The notes under the pieces were generated by a model. That model searched no databases. It had not been told where the DNA came from and was given only the letters and a program-made list of their open reading frames with translations. Source: Chrysomallon squamiferum (lineage: Eukaryota; Animalia; Mollusca). From it: a stretch of DNA of 64,000 bases. The stretch spans positions 23,746,001 through 23,810,000 of the forward strand of contig CM022679.1 in the NCBI GenBank assembly GCA_012295275.1, read 5' to 3'. Positions 39,757 to 55,000 of this stretch are shown in pieces (the stretch's first letter is position 1; every line of letters starts with the position of its first letter). The position numbers were made by a program, and so were the translations under genes.

Positions 39757-42400
39757 AAATGATTGCTATTAGTTCTGTGTGCACATTTTTAAACTAATGC
39801 TGTTTATTTGACATGTAGAAACTAAATGATAGCTTTTAGTTTCATGTACACATTTTTAAACTGATGCTATTTATTTGACATGTACAAACTTTAAATGACT
39901 ACTATTAGTTCATGTACACATTTTTAAACTGATGATGTTTATTTGGTATGTACAAACTGTAAATGATCGCTGATAGTCTTGTGTATAAATTTTTAAAATG
40001 GTGTTGTTTATTTCACATATACAAGCTGTGAATGAATGCTGTTAGTTTCATGTACCGATTTTTAAACTGATGCTGTTTATTTGACATGTAGAAACTAAAT
40101 GATTGCTTTTAGTTTCATGTACACATTTTTAGACTGATGCTGTTTATTTGACATGTACAAACTGTGAATGATTGCTTTTAGTTTCATATACCGATTTTTA
40201 AACTGATGCACTTTATTTGACGTGTAGAAACTGTAAATGATTGCTGTTGGTTTCATGTACCGATTTTTAAACTGATGCTGTTTATTTGACAAGTAAAAAC
40301 TAAATGATTGCTTTTAGTTTCATATACCTATTTTTAAACTGATGCTGTTTATTTGACATGTAGAAACAAAATGATTGCCTTTAGTTTCATGTACACATTT
40401 TTAAACTGATGCTGTTTATTTGACATGTAGGAACTAAATGATTGCTATTAGTTCATGTACACATTTTTGAATTGATGTTTATTTGACATGTACAAACTGT
40501 AAATAATTGCTGTTGGTTTCATGTACACATTTTTAAATTGATGCTGTTTATTTGACATGTAGAAACTAAATGATAGCTTTTAGTTTCATATACCGATTTT
40601 TAAACTGATGCACTTTATTTGACGTGTAGAAACTGTAAATGATTGCTGTTGGTTTCATGTACCGATTTTTAAACTGATGCTGTTTATTTGACAAGTAAAA
40701 ACTAAATGATTGCTTTTAGTTTCATATACCTATTTTTAAACTGATGCTGTTTATTTGACATGTAGAAACAAAATGATTGCCTTTAGTTTCATGTACACAT
40801 TTTTAAACTGATGCTGTTTATTTGACATGTAGGAACTAAATGATTGCTATTAGTTCATGTACACATTTTTGAATTGATGTTTATTTGACATGTACAAACT
40901 GTAAATAATTGCTGTTGGTTTCATGTACACATTTTTAAATTGATGCTGTTTATTTGACATGTAGAAACTAAATGATAGGTTTTAGTTTCATGTACACATT
41001 TTTAAACTGATGCTATTTATTTGACATGTACAAACTTTAAATGACTACTATTAGTTCATGTACACATTTTTAAACTGATGATGTTTATTTGGTATGTACA
41101 AACTGTAAATGATCGCTGATAGTCTTGTGTATAAATTTTTAAAATGGTGTTGTTTATTTCACATATACAAACTGTGAATGATTGCTGTTAGTTTCATGTA
41201 CCGATTTTTAAACTGATGTTGTTTATTTGACAAGTAAAAACTAAATGATTGCTTTTAGTTTCATATACCGATTTTTAAATTGATGCTGTTTATTTGACAT
41301 GTAGAAACTAAATGATAGCTTTTAGTTTCATGTACACATTTTTAAACTGATGCTATTTATTTGACATGTACAAACTTTAAATGACTACTATTAGTTCATG
41401 TACACATTTTTAAATTGATGATGTTTATTTGGTATGTACAAATTGTAAATGATCGCTGATAGTCTTGTGTATAAATTTTTAAAATGGTGTTGTTTATTTC
41501 ACATATACAAACTGTGAATGATTGCTGTTAGTTTCATGTACCGATTTTTAAACTGATGCTGTTTATTTGACAAGTAAAAACTAAATGGTTGCTTTTAGTT
41601 TCATATACCGATTTTTAAACTAATGCTGTTTATTTGACATGTAGAAACAAAATGATTGCCTTTAGTTTCATGTACCCATTTTTAAACTGATGTGTTTATT
41701 TGACATGTATAAACTGGAAATGATTCCTGTTTTGTGTACACATTTTTAAACTGATGCTGTTTATTTGACATGTAGGAACTAAATGATTGCTATTAGTTCA
41801 TGTACACGTTTTTGAATTGATGTTTATTTTACATGTACAAACTGTAAATGACTGCGGCATGTACCGATTTTTAAACTGATGCTGTTTATTTGACATGTAG
41901 AAACAAATTGATTGCCTTTAGTTTCATGTACACATTTTTAAACTGATGCTGTTTATTTGACATGTAGGAACTAAATGATTGCTATTAGTTCATGTACACA
42001 TTTTTGAATTGATGTTTATTTGACATGTACAAACAGTAAATGATTGCTGTTGTTTTCATGTATCGATTTTTAAACTGATGCTGTTTATTTGACATGTAGG
42101 AACTAAATGATAGCTTTTATTTTCATGTACACATTTTTAAACTGATGCTATTTATTTGACATGTATAAACTGTAAATGACGGCTGTTAGTTTCATGTACA
42201 CATTTTTAAACTGATGCTGTTTATTTGACATTTCGTGTACACATTTTTAAACTATGCTGTTTATTTGACATGTACAAACTGTAAATGATTGCTGATAGTT
42301 TTGGGCACACATTTTTAAATTGATGTTTTTTATGTGACATGTACAAACTTTAAATGGTAACTGTTAATTTTGAATACAGATTTAATTTTATTCTAAACAT
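39757..42400. repeat. Tandem satellite, ~67-bp unit, roughly 38-40 copies
   Basis: Consensus aaactgatgctgtttatttgacatgtagaaactaaatgattgcttttagtttcatgtacacattttt. Made of two related ~33-bp halves; decays at both ends. Confidence 0.95.
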
Positions 42401-45400
42401 TTAAACTTATGCTCTTTGTTGTGTACATTCATTAAACTGATAATTATATCTGATAAAAATAAATTCTGACATGCAGTAATCTGATGATGTGTTTGGCATA
42501 GCTATATTTTAGACTGATACTGTTTCTTTGATAAATACACTGTAAATTGATGCATTTTGTTATGACTTGACTTAATCATTTATATCAGTTATGCATTGTA
42601 AATTAATAATGATATGTATTTACTTTATATGTGGACACTACATTATTTTATATTTTTTGACATATTATACACAATGTAAACTGATTTTTGATTCTGTTGG
42701 AACTACTTCATATGCAGAACAAATGGCTTCTGCTTGATATAAACAAAGTATAAATTTATCTGTATATATATATATAAAGGATTTGATTTCATATTTTTTT
42801 TCTACACAGATATAGGTGAATAAGTTAATTAATATTAAATGCTGCTATTCCTTGAATACAGCAATGTTTAATATTCAGTTATGGATGCCAGTTTAATTTG
42901 AGTTACTTTGAATCTTTTTTCTAATTTTTTATTCATTTTGGATTTATAAATCATCTGGACACTTTCATCAGCAATGTTAATAATATGATTTATATATAAC
43001 TATATACTAGTATATTTTTCATTAAAGATGTATATTAAATATGCATTGATTTGTTTGATCTAAATAATTAGAAACATCATACCTAATTATTATATTGATC
43101 ATGCCTATCTTCCCATTGTATGTTTATTTATGTATTTGCTTTAATTTCATTTGTCTAATTTTTAAAAATTTGTCTAAAAGTTAAAATTTCTGACTTTGCA
43201 ATGACATGTTATTCTGCTGATAATAATTTTTGAATTGATTTAAAAAGCTTACATTTCACTTTGTGAGAGTAAAAATATTAATAATAAAAAGTAAAAATAA
43301 AACATTTATGATGATACTTTTGTGAGATGCAAGTCAGTGATTTGTGTTTATCTGTAATATATAATCTACTTTGTACATATATTTTTTTAATGATTAATTG
43401 TGTTGTATATATTGATATTTTAAGCCACCATATTAATAAATGGATTTTATTTGTTATAGGTATCTTGTGAAATTTTAGATATTTATGACTTTTTTGTTTT
43501 TGTTTTTAATTGTTGAATTTGAAAATCATGAAGGTGTTTTTGTGTGATAAAAATACATACAATGTATTTTCATTTTAATTTTTAATTTTTAAGTATCTGT
43601 TTTATATGGTTAGGTAGATGTGCAAATTTATTATTATCATAATATACACTACCATATAAATAATTACTTTTGAAAAATATATTCAGATCATATTATGAAA
43701 CTGATTTGTATTATTGCTTGCAGCTAGACTGCATACATTTCACTTTATAATGTTGCTTTTGTGATACACCAATCACTAAAAAGAAAATGACAACAAACCT
43801 AAACATATTGTTGATTTTGACACTTTAGTGAGATATCAGTTACAAAATAAATTTTTGTTTATAATAATTATGATTTTGATATATTGATATTTTGAGTTTA
43901 GTGACTGATAACATTAGTACTTTTTTATATTACAAAGATGTTTTAGAATTTTGGAGAGTAATGACGAGGATTTGTTACATTATACTATTGGACAGTGTGT
44001 ATTTTCAATTAAAATATTTACCATCTGCATTCAATTTATAATAATAATAATAATAATAATAAACCATTTGATAATTCACTTGTGACATTTTAAGAAAAAA
44101 AGAAAAGAAATGTTATATAATTACAAAATTAAAATGTTATTTATAGTGGTTACTTAGTATTCCTTGATCTCCAGAATTCTGAAATTCATAATTTGATTTT
44201 ATTTTGAGGAGTTACTGCTGTTTAATGAGAGCATTCTGATGTTGGAGCAATGCTACATATATGTTTTCCTCATTATTTCTATATACTGGAAACATTTAAC
44301 TGTATTGTTTTGGCTTCATGTTGAGCTTAATACATATGGTATTGTTTTATTTTACAGTGACATTAAATTTTAACTAGTGAAAACAATAATTTCAGAGTGA
44401 AAAATGAAGATTTTGTTATAAAGATTAATGATATCAAATTGTTGTTATAACATAATATTTAAATTTGTAATGTGTTTTTTACCTTATGAATGCTGAACTA
44501 GCATTGTCACAATATTTTGCTAACATGTAATTATGTCTTAGTGAAAGTAATATGACTGAAAATATTTCTGTATTTGATATTCATTCATGACATTTTACTG
44601 ACTACTGAAAATTTTATGTTTTATTATATATCATTTTCTATATGATTTTCTTTTTTATAATTATTTGCAAAAAAAATATATATATATAAAACAAAACAAA
44701 AAAAGCACACAAATGGTATAAAGTATGTGCTGCAGTACATACTATAATTTTAGAATTTCACTGTTAGACACTGGCATATTCAGAAGAAGAAAATATTCAT
44801 TTAAATTGGTTTTCATAATTTAAAATATTGTATGTCACCTACAAGCCTGGCATAACACCATAGATGATGACAATATACATTCATCTCTACACTGGTTTAA
44901 TGATTTTTCATTTATTATGAAAAAATTAATAAATGTAATAGATTCAACTGTACAGAATATGATTTACTGAATAATTATATAGTGAACTGATTGGAACATA
45001 GCCATACTGTTCTGTTCAGTTTTGCTTATTTTGATAGATTTTTTAAATTAAAAAAATATATATAAAATTTAAATGAATTAATATTAATAGTTTTGATAAT
45101 TTTGTTAATTAAAATGGATTCCTTACTATTTGCATCCCAGAATTCCATAGTGATTTTTATGGAGTAACAGTTTAAAAGATCTAAATTGTTAAACTGATTT
45201 GCACAGATTTATTTTTCATTTGCATGCTATATTCTTATTGTTATTCATGAATATAAATTTGCATTTGCATAATTCATTGTTGTTTGACAGACATAGATAT
45301 GAGATAATGTTTTCAATAATCCAAAGCCAACAGAAGTAATAAATATAAAATTATTTATAATGCAGAAGAAATAATGTTATCCATGGTATAGGCATGTGTG

Positions 45401-47401
45401 GGGAAATGAGTTTAAATGCCAATGTCATTGTTTGCTTGGAAACTCTTTAACCTGTTAATATAACATGATTTGATGTGTTGCCTTTGATTAAAAAAAATAT
45501 ATATACTAATATGACACATTAATAAATACATTATTAAATAGAATATTAAAATCAATATCAAACCAAATAATTAACTAAATAGTACACTTACATTTTTCTT
45601 TCTGCTTCTTTGTTATAAGTGAAAGAGTTCACATTTTGCTCTTCAGTTATGTTTTGAAACTGTTTTTGGTTCTATAAAGTGTTTTTTGGTTTAATAAAAG
45701 GAAAAAAAAATCACAGAAATAAATAAATATATACTAGTAATTTATATATGTTAATACAGTATTTGTTTTGTCTAGTTGAAAACCAATATTCAAGATGTTT
45801 TCAAATGCTAAACTGAATAAAAGATACAGATTTGTTTATCCTTTGATTTTAAATGTTCTGAACTATTTTTGTCTAAACTAATTATATGTATCATGGCTTC
45901 ACAATTTGTATATTACGCAGGATTTGTTTATGTACTGTGATGTGACATGGATTACATATAACTGTAACACTGTGTAAATGGTTATCTAGATTACTGAAAA
46001 CATTACACTGCAGAATATATTTTATAAAATTAAATATGTAATTACTATAAATTCAATATTAGAAAATCATTAGTGATTTCTATATATGCTATTTTAAAGT
46101 AAATATATAGCACCTTTTCTTTTTAATTTTTATAATGTATACATGTATTTTATAATTAAATATATTAATATAAAGGCTGAAAATTGTTGATAAATTTAAA
46201 TCCAAACACTACAAAATTATCTTTAACTGTACATTTTTTAAATTAATTTTTATGTTTATTGTTATTATTAAATTGCAGAAGTGAAATAACTGATCTAAAA
46301 CAGGTACTGTTTTCTGTTGTTGTTTTTCTTTTAATAATTACAGAGTTTATGATACCTATGAAAATGTACTTAAACACATTTAATTAGATTGATTAGAATT
46401 TATCAGCAGTTTTAAAGCCTATATTAACTTTTGATATATCCTTGGTGATTGTTGGTTTCCTTTGAAATGGATATAGTGTGTATGTTTGTTTATCGTTGTT
46501 TTTTCATATTTTTTTATGTTATCCCAAACCCTTAAATAGTTTATCTGTTTTGTATAAGTTTTTTACATTATAAAAATGATAACAGTTTCTGTTTTAATAG
46601 TATGTAAACTAATGAAGCATATCTGGAAAAGTAAAGTTAAAAGATGTTCTAATTTATTTGGATTTGGGATACATAAATAAAACGTGAAAATTTTATTATT
46701 TTAAAATTTTTCTTTATACAATGTACGTATATAATAAGCAAAAAATAACATTTTATTCAATCCCTGTAGAAGTAACTGAATGTTTTTTGATGATTATATT
46801 TGCTCTAAAAATTTGAATACGTTATTATGCATAAATAAAGATATGTTATAATATTAACATAACTTTTGATAAGTTATTTTACTTATATTAACTCTCCAAT
46901 TTAACATTAACCATCATACTTTAAATATGTATCGTTATAAAATATTTTTATTTAATGAGAATACGCATGTAAAATGAAAGCAATTTAAATTTAAAGTTAT
47001 TTTTTCAATTTTCTTTTCTTTTTTGAATTAAAGATAATTAAAAATTATTTTCTATAATAATTAATCAAATCTCCCTGCCAAAAAAAACATTAAAAAAAAC
47101 TAAAAATTTGATCACTGCTTATTATATTAGTTACTATTAAAACTGAATTTATTTTTTAAAGAGTTTATAATAAAATATTTTGCTACATTCATTATGGTTA
47201 TTATTTTTATATTTAAAATATTGATGGTGTTATTAAACGGAAAAAGGAACCTTCAGGAGAGTTTTGTGAAATATCTATATTTATTTGCTAATGTAGTTTA
47301 TCCCAAGTGCTATATATATTTTTTTAAAGATTTAAGATACTTGATAAGATAATTATAGATTTTTTTTGGGGGGATGATTTAATCATTTTATTTTATTCTC
47401 T

Positions 47402-47508
<107 letters not shown>

Positions 47509-49201
47509 AATTTACTTTTCTTTTTTCTTTTTTTAATTTATGGGATTTATAATTTGTAAGATTTTGAAATTCTTTTAATTCTTCTTTTAGGAAATTAACA
47601 GGTTAACTCTTTAGTTAATCATGATATAATAAAAATAGAATTTCTCAACATTTAAAAAAAATATATTTTTATTATTTTTATTTTTTTATTTTTATATTTT
47701 TATTTTTATTTTTTTATTTTTTTGCTATTAATTTGCTTTGGAATGCATTTAAATTAAACAAAATATATTTGTGCACTTGACATTTAAATATTATTATTAT
47801 TATTATTTAAATATTTTATTATAAATTCTGCATAAATTGCATTATTGATTTGTATTAGCTTCCTTAACTTTTGTGTGGTATAATAAAATTATTAAAATAA
47901 GTCATGTTTCTTGTATTTTAATTCATGCTACCATTATTGCATTGTTTAAATACCAAACATCTATTGATATGATTAAGCGAGCTAATCATTATCTGTGGAT
48001 AAAACGAGCACCTTCCTTTATTTTCTTCTTTTTCGTTTTTTTCTTCTTAAATTGGTATTTAACTTAAAGTAAAATAGTATGGGAAGATTTGACAATAATT
48101 TGACTAAATCTGTAACTCTTAAAAACCTTGATAGTAATTTAAATATACTTTCGAAATAAATTGTCTTTTCTAATTTTTTACGTCTGCTTAGAAAGAAAAC
48201 GAATCCATTCGTAATCGGATCTTTCAATAATCGGAATTGCTCGTTTATTTTCGCGTAAACGAAACGCATCAATACCACACTGCTAATCTTATTGATTTTC
48301 AAATTATAATTCGCTGACTTCAGTAAGAAATATTTGTCAGTTGATTCTTTCTGGCGATCGTTTTCCAAATACTTCGAAAATTGCAAATAACAGATGTAAA
48401 GGACGGACTGACCTAGATAAACGTAGGTATTATGTTACGGCCACACAAAACAACGTTTTTTTGTTTTTTTTTATTATTATTTTTTTTTAATAACTGGCTT
48501 GTATCGTATAAAATTCTTTTAAAATATATTATTATTAGATATAATTAACATTTTCTCTCATTAAAAAAATAATAAAATAAAAATAATATGACATTAGGTT
48601 AAGAATTTAAAACTATTTTATTCTTTTTCTTTCTTTCTTTATTTATTTATTTATATAAACCATGATAAAATAAAAACCATATTAAAACTTAAAACACGTG
48701 ATAATATATATTTTTTCTTCTCATTAAAATGTATTTTGTTATATATGCACACACCCACAATGTTACGAACTTAACGCTATACAAAAGTGTGAAGGGAAAC
48801 CTTTTCTTTTTTTCGCTAACTTCGAAGACACGCATGCGTAAAATGATCAGTATCCGTTCGATTCTTTATCCACTGCTTCGTCTGTTAATAATAATAATAA
48901 TAATATAGATAGGTGGGCACAGATGTAGATATATTGTTTCATACATAATTCTGTTAAAATGATAAATATCTTCAGATGTTATTAAATAAATATGTGATTT
49001 TTACACATAATACCATAATAAACTGATTAATAGCATCGTTTTGCGACTGGACCGACTTAATTTTTAAAATCGACAGTATCATAAGTATGGCTAAAATTCT
49101 TCAATATATAAGTAAACAAATATCAAATTAAAAAAGTGATAACAATAATAATTAATAAAAATATTATGATTATTATTATTATTATTTTTTTTAATTATTT
49201 A

Positions 49202-49249
<48 letters not shown>

Positions 49250-49444
49250 GCACTAGATAAATAATGGAGAATTCATGATGGGAATAATCCTTATAAGCCT
49301 GAGTAAACATGTTTTTACCAGTACCTAGCCATATTTATTAAAGATGATTACTATTATCCTCTTTTCTTGCTGATTTAATATTGAGTGTTACTACATCTTT
49401 ACTGACTATATATAATGAATTTTTTTGATTTTAAGAAATTAAAA

Positions 49445-49650
49445 ATATGACAGGAAATCCGCTGCCGTCATTCTTGCCGATCAGCTGCCAAAATTTAAAC
49501 GCGTTTTCATGTACTCACACGCATTCTCGACAAAAGAAAAACACGATTATGGTCATAAACTTTGATAGAATCGCAGATCGCTGAAAAGAATTGGCTAATT
49601 AATCTGGGGCGAAAACTGGATGGCTTCCCGCATGATAATCCATCACTTTA
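49445..49650 (-). mobile_element. Degenerate SINE fragment (MetaSINE-like core)
   Basis: ggaaatccgctgccg...tcttgccgatcagctgc reverse-complements to gcagctgatcggcaaga...cggcagcggatttcc, resembling (from memory) the conserved core of metazoan MetaSINEs. Confidence 0.45.
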
Positions 49651-50485
49651 AAAGTAACGGAGAAGAAAAAAAATATATATATAATGAATGAAAAATGAAT
49701 GAAAAATGAATGAAAAATAAATAAATAAATAAATACAACGTAGATTTTGAGTAGATTTAAGTAAGGGTTAAAACCTTTACGTTTATTCTGTTCCTTTAGA
49801 TATGGTTTGGATTTAATGTGTCAACCCTTTGCCAGTACATTATTGGTTCAAACTGTTTTAAAATACAGTTGTCTTCATTTCCAACAGACTGAGCAAAATT
49901 TGTAAAGCTCATTTTGATAAGTTAATCCTTTTAATCATCCCCAAGAAAAATACTGAGTGTGATTAATAAAATATCTAAACAGAAAATACATTAACTTGAA
50001 GCAGCTGCATCATATCACACTTCCGATGTTTCTGCTACCGAGAGGAAAATTAATATAAGGTCTCAGTTATTAAATATATGACGTGTTTGGGATCGAATAT
50101 TAAGGGTGAAGCGATTATAATTCATATTCTGTAAATTCCCGTCAACATGGTGACATATTCCTAACTAAGAAATTTAATAATCAAATGGTAATAACGATGG
50201 CTGACGACAAAATCTAATACAGTGTTCAGTTTCCTTTTGTTTCTCAGTTTCAGTTCCATAGCCTTTTTGTGGGGATCAACTTTAGTTGGTCGATGATGGC
50301 AGACCTTAATGCTTTGAAATAAAACAACAAAGACAACATACTCGAAATTGAAAATAATAAAATAACATAAATAAATAACTAAATAAATAAATAAATAAAT
50401 AATAATTAAAATAAAACACCAAAACAATAAAGTAAATTAAAATATTAAAAAATTATATAACTGCTCGCGAAGAACAAAAGACAAA

Positions 50486-50486
<1 letters not shown>

Positions 50487-50534
<48 letters not shown>

Positions 50535-50616
50535 AACCAATGAAGCGAGCTTTGTAAAGTTAAAGTTTGTTATTTCTTTCAGTAAAACTCTGTGTGTGTG
50601 TCTGTGTGTGTGTGTA

Positions 50617-50692
<76 letters not shown>
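50487..50692. repeat. (AC)n, (TG)n and (AG)n microsatellites downstream of PERCC1
   Basis: Dinucleotide runs at ~50487-50529, ~50591-50614 and ~50620-50692. Confidence 0.9.
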
Positions 50693-50695
<3 letters not shown>

Positions 50696-50872
50696 TATTA
50701 TTGAGAGGCGTGTTAATTTGACATTTATTGTATCTGATTCATCTTCAGTCACAAACTGTTTTCAAGATTATATTTTGTTTTTAATATATACTTTTACATA
50801 TATTCATATTATAAACAATCTTTTGACTAGTTCACTTTTCACCACAAACACAAGTTCACTGTTTACACAGTG

Positions 50873-51775
50873 CTATAATGCTTGTATTACTGCTCCAGGC
50901 GATGGAATGTGGGCATCAGTGGAAGACAGTTCATTGCTGTAAGTCGTTTGTTCACCTCCAGTCCAGCTTTTAAGTAAGTCACTAAAATCAGGCGGCTTTG
51001 ATGCACTGAGAATGCCAGGAATTGTTTTCTCTGTCCGTTTCTCTCGCTGTTCACTTTTTGGCTCCACCCAAAACGATTCTGGAAACACACGGTTATGCAT
51101 TGGCACTATGTCCTCATGTTTTTTCAAATCAGTTTTAAAATTTTTTAATCTCTTGTCTTTTGTTCTTTTGTCCAAAAGAAAATGTCTTAGACCGTATTCG
51201 AAAAGATCGTTCAGCGGTCCTAAACCTAAACTTATATCTGATTTCCCACTAAATGAGTTTCTGTTATCCGTATCATGCGATTCGACAAGGGATGCAGATT
51301 TTTTACCTCCCTTTGCTATATCGCCATCTCCTTGTGCTATTCTCAGTAAGTCGGCATAATACAGTTCTCGACCGGATTTTGTCGGCAACCATTTATCCTC
51401 GTAAATATCACATGAGTCTTCTTCACCTTTTTTCCTCCCGAAAAACTTTTTTATGTCGGCGTTAATCATTTCGGAAAATTTTAAAAGCTGTTCCGTCATA
51501 TCCGGTTCTTTAGGTGTCGTCTGCTTAAACTGAAGTTCGAGGAAATCATCTGTGAGATCTTCTGAATAATGGGAATCGTGATCGCTGAAATCATCCTCGT
51601 CCATCTCTTCAGTTTCTTCTTCCTCAAATTTCTCATCATTGTCTTGCTTTTGTATTTTCGACAGTCGATCAGAGTTTATTTTCAAAACTGATTGACGAAA
51701 CGGATTCGGATCAACCTGCATACTGCGTACATCCTGTAGAGACGCCATAGATGGAGTCAAGTGCTCTACGTGCAT
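50873..51775 (-). CDS. PERCC1: PERCC1 homologue (proline- and glutamate-rich coiled-coil protein 1), single coding exon, 300 aa from first ATG
   Basis: Intact ORF with an acidic tract followed, in order, by PERCC1 blocks: QLLKFSEMINADIKKFFGRK, DSCDIY, SGRELYYADLLRIA, LGPLNDLFEYGL, IVPMHNRVFPESFWVEP, PDFSDLLKSW. First ATG is at 51775; the ORF track starts at an upstream TTG. Confidence 0.9.
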   Translation of the reverse strand: MHVEHLTPSMASLQDVRSMQVDPNPFRQSVLKINSDRLSKIQKQDNDEKFEEEETEEMDEDDFSDHDSHYSEDLTDDFLELQFKQTTPKEPDMTEQLLKFSEMINADIKKFFGRKKGEEDSCDIYEDKWLPTKSGRELYYADLLRIAQGDGDIAKGGKKSASLVESHDTDNRNSFSGKSDISLGLGPLNDLFEYGLRHFLLDKRTKDKRLKNFKTDLKKHEDIVPMHNRVFPESFWVEPKSEQREKRTEKTIPGILSASKPPDFSDLLKSWTGGEQTTYSNELSSTDAHIPSPGAVIQAL

Positions 51776-52469
51776 GTTACGAGTGCAAAACGTCACCGAC
51801 ACCAATATTAATTATTTTCCAAGATAAACCACATAGTATTTCAAATATTATCCCTTTAGGAACAGTGAGGATAAATGATTTCTGTTTATAGTTATTGTTT
51901 TTGACTTTTGTAGATATCGGGGAATTTTGCTCTTATTTTTTTATTATTTTTTTTTTATTCCAAATTTTTATTGAACGTAATTGCTTATTCTTCTACAAAA
52001 ACAAAAATTAAAGCGAATACCACAACAGAAACATAAGAAAACAACTTCAGAACACGACATCCGATCACATTTTTCTTTTTTCTTTTCTAAAATCTGCTCC
52101 ACAGTTTAGTCTTGCTCTGGTACCTTCAGTAGATCATCACCTAGAATGAAACAAAACTTATTTTTAACTATAATCCAAACACTACAAATCATACACATTA
52201 CGTTTAGAAACCCTTACTCGCTTCTTAGTAACACGCGACTTGTTATTTTTATGTACACATCTCTCTCTATGGTGCTGAATGGAGGCCGACCGCCCCAAGA
52301 TATTGTTGACTATTACTAGAGAATTCAGCCATGGCCCGATAGATCATCAATCAGGAAAGCTTCAAGTGATAACGTATTTGTTCTTGTGCCGGTGACCGAC
52401 AAAATAGGAGCTCCTTCGGCTAAAATCAACACGTATGATTATAAGAAATAAAGACGCTCTGTTCTGGAA

Positions 52470-53070
52470 TGAATGAATAATAATAATAATAGCAGTACTA
52501 ACAATAATAATGATAATAATAATAATAAGATAGTGATAACGGTAGTGGTAGTAGTAATAATAATAATTGGTGTCGTCGTGATGGTGGTAGTAATAATAAT
52601 CAAGTAGTGGTAGAAGAAATACTAGTAGACGAAGTAGCAAAACAGTAAGTTTATATTATTGACTTTATTTATTGCTGGGTATTGGTAGCTGTATTAGTAA
52701 TAGTAGTAGTAGTTATGTAATAGTAATAATGGTAGTAATAGTAACAGTAAACAAGTTGATTATATTTATTGTAATTATTATTTTGTTGTGGATGTTATTG
52801 TTATAATGAATAATCAGTAGTAGTAGTTGTAATATTGTTAGTGGTAGTATCGGTAATTGTACAAATAGCAATAATTGTAGTAGTAATATCACGTTCTAGT
52901 AGAAGTAGTAGTAATAATAATATCAGTAGCAGCAGTATAGTAGTAGTATTAATTATAGTAATAGTAGTAGTAAAATTTGTTGTAGCAGTAGAAATAGTAA
53001 TAGGACTACCACCACTGCTAGTAGTAGTAACAGTAGTAGGCCTAGTAGTAGTAGCTGTAGTAGTAGAAAA
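52470..53070. repeat. Low-complexity (TAG/TAA)n-derived tract
   Basis: Degenerate agtagt/aataat trinucleotide repeats that create the spurious poly-V/T/I ORFs. Confidence 0.85.
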
Positions 53071-53679
53071 CAGAGTCAATAATTTAACGGTAACAGTGTT
53101 ACTGAGGTAGTGATTCGTTCCTAGGTTACGGACTTTTTCTGTATCACTAAGTCCAAGCGGTTAAGTAAATCCAACCGAATTTGTAAATAAGCCATCTTTT
53201 GACATTACACACTGATTATAAAAACCTAAAAAAAAACAAGTTTCCTGACACAACGCTAACACTCTTATGGACATGAATATTTTGTGGGTGTTCCTTGGTT
53301 ATTAGCATTAGGAAGTTTAATAAATTCATGATACTGAAACAGCTGCATCGTCGGTAACTGATAAATGTATGAAAGAAAAATAACGCCCCCACTTGAATAA
53401 ATCACAATTCGAATCAAATCTACAAGTTTAAACTGTTTTATCTTCGGAATTTACACCAATGGGACAACTACAAAACTAGTCTATTAATCAGAAAATGACA
53501 TTTGAATTGCAGACGATTTTATCCGTACTTTTGACACGCCGATGGCGAGATAATGATAGAGTAGATTGTAACACTAGAATAAGTCGAAAATCCCCAGCTA
53601 TTTTATCTACTTTTCACTGGTTTTTTAATGTAGAAAATATATGAATTAGAATTAAACAACAACAATAAATAAAAAAAAA

Positions 53680-53750
<71 letters not shown>

Positions 53751-54717
53751 TAACAATAAATATCTTTCGGTAAAAATAAAAAATAAAAATATAAATTTTA
53801 TGTTTGACCCTACTTTACATATAGGTATATAACCTAAACACATGTGTTTTACAATACACAACAAATTTATCATCTACCACAATATTAACAACCAGAACAA
53901 TAGCAATAATAACTAGCACAGCAGCAGCAGCAACAACAACAATATTATCAGTGCTTGTAGTAATGATGACATTAACTAGAACAATAACAAGTACTAAAAA
54001 AAAAAAAAAAACATTAAAAAAGAGGAAAAAACAAACAAATAAATATTAAATGTCTAAAACTATGTTTAATTCGCACGATCAACAAGTTTCATTTTTTCTT
54101 CTTCTTTCTTTCTTTTCTTTAATTATTTATTTATTTTTTTAAATTGTTATTCACATTTTATCAGCAGAAATGTGTAAATCATCTACTGGGTGTTGATTAA
54201 CTTCTGAATACGATGATAGAAAGGTTTTTATTACCAGACAACTGCTGGGCATCGGTTGTACAGCAGACGTATAGTGCTAAAAACTGAACCGGACAGCAAA
54301 AATACTTTTAAATATTAAAAAATAAAAAGAAGAAGAAAAAAGAAACAATAACCCCCAAAATACTTTAAAACAAAGTTGAAAAATATATATATATATTTTA
54401 AAGAACAGAAAGAAGAAGAAAACGACGACGAAGGAGAAGAAAAAAGAAATCTACCAAACAAAGCAGACAAAATGAATAGGTAAAAGTAGTTTCAATATAT
54501 GAATACTGCTGATTATACGAATAAATTTATACTTTTTTTTTTGCGGGGGGTGTGAATAAAATCTGTCAGAATTTACACCAAATCTTAATGCACGTACTCT
54601 TATCTAGTGTCATAAGTCAACACTCAAAACCGCTTACGATTTGGTCTTCTTTAAAATAAACACGAAGCACAAACAGGTATTTGAGGCTTCTCACTTCAGC
54701 TAACAATGGCAGAAGGA

Positions 54718-54718
54718 C

Positions 54719-54785
<67 letters not shown>

Positions 54786-54841
54786 CAATAATAATAATAA
54801 TAATATATTTTAATTTCTGGGTATTGGGTATAATCCATTAG

Positions 54842-54882
<41 letters not shown>

Positions 54883-54913
54883 TTTTAACTGAAATATTGG
54901 TGGTTTCACTAAC

Positions 54914-54997
<84 letters not shown>
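54718..54997. repeat. Cluster of (TAA)n, (TG)n and (CT)n microsatellites
   Basis: Runs at ~54718-54805, 54844-54881 and 54919-54997. Confidence 0.9.

Positions 54998-55000
<3 letters not shown>

Noticed and set aside
39757-42400. CRISPR-like repeat-spacer array
   Set aside because: Both halves of the unit repeat, so there are no unique spacers. There are no cas genes and the context is eukaryotic.
48018-48386. 122-aa minus-strand ORF
   Set aside because: Non-ATG start, no recognisable motif, ends in a low-complexity tract; probably repeat-derived.
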